Assembly: GCA_964194935.1 (NCBI GenBank)
Contig: CAXMOL010000067.1
Location: forward strand, 85 to 64,084
Origin: an uncultured Kiloniellaceae bacterium
GTDB taxonomy: Bacteria; Actinomycetota; Acidimicrobiia; Spongiisociales; UBA11373
Reading direction: 5' to 3'
Length of the DNA stretch: 64,000 nucleotides
Position numbers and translations under genes: made by a program. The notes under the pieces were generated by a model. It was given only the letters and a program-made list of their open reading frames with translations. It did no database searches and was not told the origin of the DNA. Positions 42,644-50,205 of this stretch are shown here, piece after piece (the first letter of the stretch is position 1; each line of letters opens with the position of its first letter).

Positions 42644-43423
42644 ATGTCGCTCGATCCTCCATTTCAGTTTCCGGAGGTTGCTCCGGGCGAGGACCTGGTG
42701 CTCTCGGCTTCGACCTTTGTGACGTTTGAGCAGTGCCCTGAGCAAGCCGCCGGTCGGATGCGCGGAAGCTACGGACCGGAATCTCGCAGTTCGTTCGTCG
42801 GTGGCTTAGCTCACCGTATTTTTGCTCGGCATCTGACGTCAGGGCCTATTGCTGATTTCGGTGCCGCCTGTCGCGAGGAGATCGGGGGGAGCATGAACCC
42901 CAAATTGGCTGCTCTTGGTCTTAAGCCGAGCCAACTGGCCGGTGTAATCGAAGATGTCTCCGGGTTGTACGACAGGTTCAAGACTCTGCAGGCAGATGGA
43001 TTTGTCGGAGCCGAGGTTGCACTGGAGTCAGACCCGGCGCCCGGAGTCGTTCTGCGGGGTTCGGTGGACGCGGTATTCGATGACGAGGGTGGCGTCCGGT
43101 TGGTCGATTGGAAGACCGGAAATCTGGGCGACCCCGAATCGCAGTTGGCCTTCTACGCATTGCTATGGGCCATGGAGAAGGGCGAGATCCCGGCTTTGCT
43201 CGAGGCGGTTTCGATCAAGACGGGTGAGCGGAGCGAGTCAGTTCCCTCTCGGGAGCTCGTCGACGACACCGCCACCCGAGCGGCTCAAGCTATCGATGCA
43301 CTCCGCATCTCGTGGGGTTCGGCCGATTCGTTGGAACGGGTGGCCGGACCATGGTGTCGATGGTGCCCGCTGCTCGACGAGTGCTCCGAGGGTCGAGCAG
43401 CTGTTGCGCTGCTCGAAGGTTGA
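42644..43423 (+). CDS. PD-(D/E)XK nuclease, Cas4/RecB-exonuclease-like with Fe-S cysteines
   Basis: N-terminal Cys (FEQCPEQ), GSVDAV, LVDWKTG (DxK), QLAFY (QxxxY) and C-terminal CRWCPLLDEC (C-x2-C-x5-C). Start moved to the ATG at 42644 to avoid overlapping the VanW gene. Confidence 0.75.
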   Translation: MSLDPPFQFPEVAPGEDLVLSASTFVTFEQCPEQAAGRMRGSYGPESRSSFVGGLAHRIFARHLTSGPIADFGAACREEIGGSMNPKLAALGLKPSQLAGVIEDVSGLYDRFKTLQADGFVGAEVALESDPAPGVVLRGSVDAVFDDEGGVRLVDWKTGNLGDPESQLAFYALLWAMEKGEIPALLEAVSIKTGERSESVPSRELVDDTATRAAQAIDALRISWGSADSLERVAGPWCRWCPLLDECSEGRAAVALLEG

Positions 43424-44137
43424 TCAGGCTATTGCCGCAAATGGATCGCCCGACGGTGCGGCTCGAATCAGCTCCGGGGTCGAGATGTCGATGGCCGAAT
43501 CGTCTTCGAATCCGATAGCGAGGAGACTGGCCAGAGCTGCGGCGGCGTCTGGATCGAATTGGGTGCCGGCGCAGCGACGGATCTCGGCAATTGCCAATTC
43601 AGACGCGAGAGCCCGATCGTATGGCCGATCCGAGGTCATCGCGTCGTAGGCGTCGGCGACTTGGACGATGCGCACGGTGATGGGGAGGGTCCTGGCGGCG
43701 ATTCCGTGTGGATACCCCGAGCCATCTAGTCGCTCATGATGCGAGAGAACTGCAGCAGCCACGTCGCGGTGAACGAGGCCGGCAACCAATCGGTGCCCTT
43801 TTTCGGGATGGGTGCGAATCTGGGTCCATTCGCCGCGGTTCAGACCTGCTGGTTTCCAGAGGACCGCTTCGGCCACGCCGAGCTTGCCTATGTCGTGGAG
43901 TTGAGCCCCCAAGTAGGTCCGATCGATCGTTGCGGTGTCGAGACCCAATTCCATGGCGATGGCCGCTGCAACGTGGGCCGCGCGCTGGCCGTGACCTGCC
44001 AGATCCGAGTCGCGCAATCGGACCACATCAATAAGTCGGGCCACCAGCAGTGATGCGGCATCGCCAGCCAGAACATCCCCGCTGGCGGGGCCAGCCGCGC
44101 GGGTGGAGGGGTCGGAGAGGGGAGTGGGTCTATCCAT
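43424..44137 (-). CDS. HD-GYP domain protein (putative cyclic-nucleotide phosphodiesterase)
   Basis: HDIGKLGV and HHERLDGSGYPHG motifs, with no receiver or other sensor domain. The start could be 44137 or 44263; I prefer 44137 because it does not overlap. Confidence 0.75.
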   Translation of the reverse strand: MDRPTPLSDPSTRAAGPASGDVLAGDAASLLVARLIDVVRLRDSDLAGHGQRAAHVAAAIAMELGLDTATIDRTYLGAQLHDIGKLGVAEAVLWKPAGLNRGEWTQIRTHPEKGHRLVAGLVHRDVAAAVLSHHERLDGSGYPHGIAARTLPITVRIVQVADAYDAMTSDRPYDRALASELAIAEIRRCAGTQFDPDAAAALASLLAIGFEDDSAIDISTPELIRAAPSGDPFAAIA

Positions 44138-44139
44138 AA

Positions 44140-44161
44140 GCGGATGCCTGGCGGCATCCGC
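44140..44161 (-). other. intercistronic 9-bp perfect hairpin (GCGGATGCC-GCCA-GGCATCCGC on the minus strand)
   Basis: Read directly. It fills most of the 31-nt gap between the 464-aa gene and the HD-GYP gene and ends 2 nt before the ATG at 44137. Confidence 0.6.
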
Positions 44162-44168
44162 AGCCAGG

Positions 44169-45563
44169 TTACGAGCGGACGCCCTCCGAGCCGCGGCTTT
44201 CCGTCTCGCCCGCGACGCTCCGACACAGCAGACGGTCCAGGTCATCGACCTGACCGAGGACATCGGAGCGGAGGACGCCCAGATTCTCGTGCAGCTTGTC
44301 GAGTGATGTCTTTATGCCGGTGACGGTACGGCGGGCGCCACTGAGCGTCTCGGCTCCATGGCGGATGCGATCGATTCGGTCGGTTACTGCCGCCGTGTCG
44401 AACGCGGCGGTTCCGGCAGCCGAGACAGCGACCGAAGCTGCCGCCCATTGCATCGCTATGGCCGTCATTGCTCCGTCATCCTCGTCGACAACAAGGACCC
44501 GGTCGCCGTAGACATTGAAGTGACCCACCTCGGTTGGGAATGCGTCGCGTCCGGCGATGCACACCGCTGCGTCTGCCGCTCGATTGGTCATGGCATTGTC
44601 GAGTTCGTGGAGTATTCCGCCGCTTCCTGCCAGTGAGATGGTGGCGTGTCTTTTGGCCTCGACGACGATCCGGCGCCCGTCGCTGAGGGTGACGACGAAG
44701 TCGCCGACCTTCGAGGCGGCGGCGAGGTTGCCGGTGGTATTGGTGGTCCGCTCGACGATGCACCCTTTGATGGAGGCTGCCCAACGTCTGAGGTTTGCCT
44801 CGACGACGTCTTCAAACTCTGTGCCGTGGGCGGTGCCGCGTTCTGCTTCGGCGATCCGTGCGGCGTCGGCGGCGCGCTCGCCGGTGATGTCGCGGCGCAG
44901 TACTTCGAATTGCTCGTCGATCGATCGGCTCAGCTTGGCGAATGCAGAATCTCCTGCGTCGATGTCGAGCGCTTCGGAGAGACGCGTTTCAAGTGCCCCT
45001 TCTGGTCCTACCAATTCCTGGAGGCGTTGGACCAGGAGCGTCGCGGTGCTTCCCTCGACTCCAGGATCGAGACGAGCCAGAAAATCTTCGCGCCAGTTGG
45101 TGAACTCTGTGAGTGTTCGAGCCATGATCGATGAGCGCTGTTCAGGATCGAATTGCCTTCCGAGGCTCGACCGGCTGTCGTCGATAATCGAGCGGACGCT
45201 CGTCTCGGCTTCGCTGGTGACCGACTCGAGGAGGCTGCGAACCCTGGCGTCCACCGCAGTGAGGTCGAGTCCTACCCCCATGGAAACCACGCCTTGCGCT
45301 CCGACGCTCAGCATCCGCAACAACAGGTCGATCCGGTCGGCATCCGCGGCCGTCGACAGCATTCCGACAACGGCGGGGTCGGTGACCACGAGACCCTCGA
45401 TGACGACTCGATCGCCATCGAGGTTGACCGCACCGGGGTACTCGATTCGATGTTCGTGCTTCTGCCCGTTCTGCTCCTGGGTCTGTTGCCCATTCTGCTG
45501 CTTGGTCTGTTGCCCATTCTGCTGCTTGGTCGGGGCTCGCATGACATGGATTCCGCTGGTCAT
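44169..45563 (-). CDS. hypothetical protein: Q/N-rich repeat N-terminus, long helical region, restriction-endonuclease-like (E...D...ExK) core
   Basis: 464-aa ORF. TKQQNGQQ x2 plus TQEQNGQK at the N-terminus. Candidate PD-(D/E)XK arrangement EFEDVVE ... VGDFVVTLSDGRRIVVEAKRH. The overall layout is reminiscent of RmuC, but no family is confirmed. Confidence 0.6.
   Translation of the reverse strand: MTSGIHVMRAPTKQQNGQQTKQQNGQQTQEQNGQKHEHRIEYPGAVNLDGDRVVIEGLVVTDPAVVGMLSTAADADRIDLLLRMLSVGAQGVVSMGVGLDLTAVDARVRSLLESVTSEAETSVRSIIDDSRSSLGRQFDPEQRSSIMARTLTEFTNWREDFLARLDPGVEGSTATLLVQRLQELVGPEGALETRLSEALDIDAGDSAFAKLSRSIDEQFEVLRRDITGERAADAARIAEAERGTAHGTEFEDVVEANLRRWAASIKGCIVERTTNTTGNLAAASKVGDFVVTLSDGRRIVVEAKRHATISLAGSGGILHELDNAMTNRAADAAVCIAGRDAFPTEVGHFNVYGDRVLVVDEDDGAMTAIAMQWAAASVAVSAAGTAAFDTAAVTDRIDRIRHGAETLSGARRTVTGIKTSLDKLHENLGVLRSDVLGQVDDLDRLLCRSVAGETESRGSEGVRS
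45467..45538. repeat. 24-bp tandem repeat, two perfect copies plus one degenerate
   Basis: gtctgttgcccattctgctgcttg at 45491..45514 and 45515..45538, with a diverged copy at about 45467..45490. It encodes the TKQQNGQQ repeats on the minus strand. Confidence 0.85.
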
Positions 45564-45653
45564 GTCTGCAACCTACGGTGGGGGTGTGACAGATCTGCAC
45601 GCCGGCATAGCCCGAATCGGCGTGACCGCGGGGTGCGTGGCACAATCGGGGCA

Positions 45654-47093
45654 ATGATCGACCACGCTCCGTCACCAGATCGGTTGCAGCAGCTTGCTTT
45701 GACCTTGGATCGGATCGATCTCAAGACTGCTGGGGCGCTGGCAGAGGTTCGTCGGCGCCGAGCTGCAGTTGCCGCCGGGCAGTATCTGGCCCCGCGTCTC
45801 TCCGAGCCGTCCGACACCATCGTTGTTGCCGTTGTTGGCCCCAGCGGTGGGGGAAAGTCGACGATCGTCAATTCGATAGCCCGACGTCACATCAGCGATG
45901 TGGGCTCGCTGCGACCCACGACCACCGAACCGGTGGCCTGGACGGACGGAGCAGTCCCGCTGACGCTCGACGCACTTCGCTCGAGGATCCCGGGTGGCCT
46001 GATCGACTCGTTGCGTCCGCCTCCCGAGGGCGTAGTGGTGGTGGACACGCCTCCTCCCGACGTCGTGGATGCCGCTGGTGATTCGATCGTCAACCAGATT
46101 CTCGAGGTCGCCGACGCCGTGATATTCGTGGCCGGTGTTACCCGATATGCCGACTCAGACGCCTTTGCCCTTCTCGAACTGGCGGCAGCCCGTCGGCTTC
46201 CGACGGTCATGGTGCTCAATCGACTGACCGGCTCACCGGAGCAGCATCAGGTAATAGCAACCGACTTTGTGGCGAAGCTGGCGGCGCGCCGCTTGGTTCC
46301 TCGTGCTGATCCAGAACTTGTCGCGACCATTGCCGAGGGGAGCATCTCTCCCGGGGGTGGGCTGACGACCGAGGCTGTAGCCAGGGTCACGAAGGATCTC
46401 GAAGCCTTGGCCGATCCGCAATCGCGTCCCGACATCATTGACACGGTCGTGCAGGGCTCGCTGGTTCGACTTCGGGACGATCTCGCTGCGATCCGGGGGT
46501 ACGTGATCGACTCGGCAGTTCGTCGGGTGGAGCTGCTCGATCCGATGCGTTCTATCTACCGGGGCGAAGCTCGTCGGCTGATAGCGGAGGTGCGAAGCGG
46601 CAAGTTCTCGACTTTGCCGGCAGACGACCTGGTCGATGTGCTCGCCTCCGCGGCGACTCGCAGGGCCGGTCTGGCTGCTCGGGCATGCGCCGAGATGTGG
46701 CATGAGTCTGCCCCCGAGATGGTCGAGGGGTCTCCCGACCTGTTTGGGCATGGCGTCGACACGCTCGAAGCAGCTCGTGAGAGGCTCGCCTTCTGGCTGG
46801 CCGAGATCGACGATTTGCCGGGACGGATGTCCGGCAAGCGCTGGGGGCGCCGCAAGCGTCGCCGTCTTGCGCAGGCGCTGCGGATCTCATCGATTGACCC
46901 CCGTTACGTTCCGAAGCGGAAGGTGGCGCGTCGGATCGAGAAGATTCCGGGAATTGTGGACTCGGCGAGGGAGCGATTGGCAGACGAGCTTCGGGGGATA
47001 CTGGCCACCGACGAGCTGCGGTTCGCCGAAAGGCTCGGACCGGCTGTCACCGGAACAACCCTCAGCGATCTTTCGACAGGGGCCTTGACATGA
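45654..47093 (+). CDS. P-loop GTPase, dynamin/HSR1-like, with long helical C-terminal region
   Basis: G1 VVGPSGGGKST, G3-like VVVDTPP, degenerate G4 VLNRL, then ~270 aa predicted helical. Start set at the ATG at 45654 (MIDHAPSP); the ORF-track extension overlaps the divergent gene. Confidence 0.7.
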   Translation: MIDHAPSPDRLQQLALTLDRIDLKTAGALAEVRRRRAAVAAGQYLAPRLSEPSDTIVVAVVGPSGGGKSTIVNSIARRHISDVGSLRPTTTEPVAWTDGAVPLTLDALRSRIPGGLIDSLRPPPEGVVVVDTPPPDVVDAAGDSIVNQILEVADAVIFVAGVTRYADSDAFALLELAAARRLPTVMVLNRLTGSPEQHQVIATDFVAKLAARRLVPRADPELVATIAEGSISPGGGLTTEAVARVTKDLEALADPQSRPDIIDTVVQGSLVRLRDDLAAIRGYVIDSAVRRVELLDPMRSIYRGEARRLIAEVRSGKFSTLPADDLVDVLASAATRRAGLAARACAEMWHESAPEMVEGSPDLFGHGVDTLEAARERLAFWLAEIDDLPGRMSGKRWGRRKRRRLAQALRISSIDPRYVPKRKVARRIEKIPGIVDSARERLADELRGILATDELRFAERLGPAVTGTTLSDLSTGALT

Positions 47094-48286
47094 GCGACAT
47101 CATCACCGTCGTTGAGGGACTCGACTTTGTTGTCAGCCTCGCCGAAGGCCACGTTCATCCTGAGGATCTCGATAGCGCTCGATCCGCCGCGAGTGCAGCC
47201 CGCTCAAGGGCTGGCCATCTCGGCTCGACCATGGTGCTGGCGTTGGTAGGTGGTACCGGGTCGGGAAAGTCCAGCCTGCTCAACGCTTTTGCCGGAGAGC
47301 AGATAGCGTCCACCAGTCCCATCCGTCCGCATACATCTGAACCGCTGGCTTGGGTCCCCGCCGCTGCCGAGCCATCACTTCGGGTGCTGCTTGATCGGTT
47401 GGGCGTCGAGGAACGGGTTTCTCATGAGCTATTTGCCGAGCTTGCGATCCTCGACATGACCGATATCGACAGCATCGCCACAGAGCATCGCGAACGGGTA
47501 GAGCGGCTGATGCCTGAGGTGGACGTTGTGGTGTGGGTGCTGGACCCCGTCAAGTACTCGGATCCATCCTTGCATCGAGCGCTTATCGCACCGCTTGCTG
47601 GTTCGTCGGACCGGGTCATCTTTGTGCTGAACAAGGTCGACAGTCTGGATGAGGAGAGCCTCGATGTCGTCGTCGATCACCTCGGTCGACTTCTCGCTGA
47701 AGACGGTTTCTCGCATCCGGTCATCTTTGAGGTCGCTGCGGATCCGCCCGATTCCGAACCGCGCGGCATGGATGCGTTGACAGCTCACCTGAGTGCTCGC
47801 CTCGATGAGAAGCAGGTGCACGTCGGCAAGATCATCGACGACGCCCGACGTGCTGCTCGGGCTGTGGCCGGAGCAGCCGGCGTAAGCAGATCAGGTTCCC
47901 TTGACTTCGAGGAGCGATGGCTTTCAGTCCGGGAGGCGATCGTCACCGACTTGGTTGCAAGAGGGGGCCCGGCCACGTTCGAGGAAGCGCTGCGCCTCCT
48001 CGGTTTGTTCATCCTGGGCCTATCGACCGACGCTGGTGGCGTGTTCGGGCAGCGAATCCGCCAGACCTTCCGAGAGGAATTGATCGAGGCAGAGTTGGCG
48101 AGTGCGATGCGAGGGGCCGAGACGAGTCCCGTTCCCGGATCGGCAATGGATGAAGGTTTGCAGGAGCGATTTGGGGTGCCCCTGCGCAAGCTGCTGTGGG
48201 AGCGGGCTTCGCTTGCTGCCGTTATCGCCGGCCTGGCTGTCGATGCGATGATGGTCGATGAGAGTCTTGGCCGAACATCTCGATGA
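47090..48286 (+). CDS. P-loop GTPase, dynamin/HSR1-like (second of pair)
   Basis: G1 LVGGTGSGKSS, G4 VLNKVD. ATGA overlap with the preceding GTPase gene. Confidence 0.7.
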   Translation: MSDIITVVEGLDFVVSLAEGHVHPEDLDSARSAASAARSRAGHLGSTMVLALVGGTGSGKSSLLNAFAGEQIASTSPIRPHTSEPLAWVPAAAEPSLRVLLDRLGVEERVSHELFAELAILDMTDIDSIATEHRERVERLMPEVDVVVWVLDPVKYSDPSLHRALIAPLAGSSDRVIFVLNKVDSLDEESLDVVVDHLGRLLAEDGFSHPVIFEVAADPPDSEPRGMDALTAHLSARLDEKQVHVGKIIDDARRAARAVAGAAGVSRSGSLDFEERWLSVREAIVTDLVARGGPATFEEALRLLGLFILGLSTDAGGVFGQRIRQTFREELIEAELASAMRGAETSPVPGSAMDEGLQERFGVPLRKLLWERASLAAVIAGLAVDAMMVDESLGRTSR

Positions 48287-48368
48287 CGAGTTGGGCGGAC
48301 TGGCCGACCCGGCGACGGGTCACCTCGCAGAACGACGTGAGGTGGCGCCACAGTTGGCGTAGTCGGTT

Positions 48369-49280
48369 CTAGACCGCCACCACCAGAAGTTCCCGGTCTT
48401 CGGCCCCAAAGGTGATCTCGGAGGCCCTGGCCAGGAGTTCACCATCGGCCTCCACCCACGATGGCGGATCCGAGCTGATTTCGATCCTGTCGAAGCCCTC
48501 CCAGATCTCGACTCCCGGCACCCGTGCCATGTCGCGCCGGATCGCACTCCGAGTGAACAAACTGAGCAGTCGAGGTGTCGTCACCCGAGAAATGACGGCT
48601 GCGACCGGCTTTGGACCGGACGCCAGACTCAGCGGTATACGACCTAGATAGGTGAATTGGTCGTGAATCTGAAGCTGGACGGCGACCGCATCTGCGGTGC
48701 GGGTGCCGTCACTGACACGAAGTGTCGGTATGCGGTCACGGAACGCCCTTGCGACTCTGGTGGTGCTGCGGGCGTAGTGCAGCGCTCCGAAGCCGACTTT
48801 TCCGAGAGGGCGACGTTCGGATTCCTTGATGACTTCGGCGTCAAACCCCACTCCAGCAGCAAAAGTGGCGATGTGGTCCCGGCTGGGGGAGCCTCCCCGC
48901 CCTTCCCGGATCGCGAGTGCGGGCATGGCCTTGGCGTCCGTGGTCGCAGCGATAGCCTCCGCAGCTTGGCGCGGCTTTCGTGGGAAGCCGGCGATTCGGC
49001 CAAAGACGTTCGTGGTTCCGGCCGGGATCACCCCGAGGGCGGCATTGGTGCCGATGATGGCATTGGCGACCTCGTGGACCACTCCATCGCCACCCATCGC
49101 AACCACGACATCGAACCCTTCGGCGGCGGCGGCGGCTGATTCGGTACGCGCTTGTGCCGGCCCATTCGGCCAGATGGCGGTCACGTGGAAGCCCGCTTCG
49201 AGTATCTCGGCCACATCTCGATGTAGTGACGCGGTGAATCCAGATGCCGCAGGGTTGGCAACAAGGAGGAGTCGGCGCAT
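48369..49280 (-). CDS. diacylglycerol/lipid kinase family protein (YegS/DAGK catalytic domain)
   Basis: MRRLLLVANPAASG and AMGGDGVVHEV (GGDG). Start moved to 49280; the 150-codon upstream extension is Arg/Pro-rich and non-coding in appearance. Confidence 0.8.
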   Translation of the reverse strand: MRRLLLVANPAASGFTASLHRDVAEILEAGFHVTAIWPNGPAQARTESAAAAAEGFDVVVAMGGDGVVHEVANAIIGTNAALGVIPAGTTNVFGRIAGFPRKPRQAAEAIAATTDAKAMPALAIREGRGGSPSRDHIATFAAGVGFDAEVIKESERRPLGKVGFGALHYARSTTRVARAFRDRIPTLRVSDGTRTADAVAVQLQIHDQFTYLGRIPLSLASGPKPVAAVISRVTTPRLLSLFTRSAIRRDMARVPGVEIWEGFDRIEISSDPPSWVEADGELLARASEITFGAEDRELLVVAV

Positions 49281-49333
49281 CGACCGAGCGTACCGATGGT
49301 CAGGAGGCTTTGGGCCGCCGATAATCTTGTGCC

Positions 49334-49957
49334 ATGAGCAGGTACCGCGATCGTGTCGACGCCGGACGCTCGTTGGGAGGATTGCTTGCTCATCTACATG
49401 ACTCCGACCCGCTGGTTCTCGGAATCCCTCGCGGTGGAGTCGTTGTCGCTTCCGAGGTGGCCGCAGTACTCGACGGAGAGATCGGATTCGTGCTGGCGGC
49501 GAAGGTCGGTGCCCCTTGGAGTCGCGAGTTGGCGATCGGAGCGGTTGCCCCCGATGGAGTCGCCATGCTCGACGAGGACTCGATCGGCAGGATGCGTCTC
49601 GACCCGGCAGACGTAGACGCTGAGGTGGCCCGATCGCTAGAGGAGCTTGGCCGTCGCCGGGAAGTGTTCGGATCTGCACCCCCGGCGGTACGGGATCGGG
49701 TTGTGGTCGTGGTCGACGACGGAGTGGCAACGGGCGCCACGTTGCGTGCCGCTCTCGGGTATGTGCGTCGTCTCGGGCCGAGGCGGCTGGTGTGCGCCAT
49801 TCCGGTGGGCCCTCCGGCGACTATCGACCTGATCGCGTACGAGGTCGATGACATGGTTTGTCCGATGCAACCAGATCGACTTCGGGCCGTGGGGGAGTGG
49901 TATGACAACTTCACTCAGACGACCGACGCCGAAGTAATTCGCTTGCTCGGCCTCTGA
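49334..49957 (+). CDS. phosphoribosyltransferase family protein
   Basis: PRPP-binding loop VVVVVDDGVATGATLRAAL. 207 aa. Confidence 0.75.
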   Translation: MSRYRDRVDAGRSLGGLLAHLHDSDPLVLGIPRGGVVVASEVAAVLDGEIGFVLAAKVGAPWSRELAIGAVAPDGVAMLDEDSIGRMRLDPADVDAEVARSLEELGRRREVFGSAPPAVRDRVVVVVDDGVATGATLRAALGYVRRLGPRRLVCAIPVGPPATIDLIAYEVDDMVCPMQPDRLRAVGEWYDNFTQTTDAEVIRLLGL

Positions 49958-49997
49958 TCGAGCGTTTCTGTCACACCCCCGTCGTACGGTTCGAGGC

Positions 49998-50153
49998 ATG
50001 AAGAGAATCTCAGTTGATCCCCGGATTAGTGCCCCGATTGGCGCAATGAACAAGGCTCTGGCCGTGCTGGAGACCCTCGACAGCGTCGTCGTCGAACGCT
50101 GCGCCGAACAGAGCTGTGAGGTGTGCGCTCAGGAGCTCGAAGTCGCCGCCTGA
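49998..50153 (+). CDS. possible small ORF (51 aa) with a C-x5-C-x2-C motif
   Basis: Hand-translated: MKRISVDPRISAPIGAMNKALAVLETLDSVVVERCAEQSCEVCAQELEVAA. Good GC3 in the second half. It is below the ORF-track size cut-off and has no recognisable family. Confidence 0.25.
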   Translation: MKRISVDPRISAPIGAMNKALAVLETLDSVVVERCAEQSCEVCAQELEVAA

Positions 50154-50205
50154 GACACCGTTGTGCAGTTCTGACCGCTGGTAGCGTCGCCCAAGTGATT
50201 CGACC

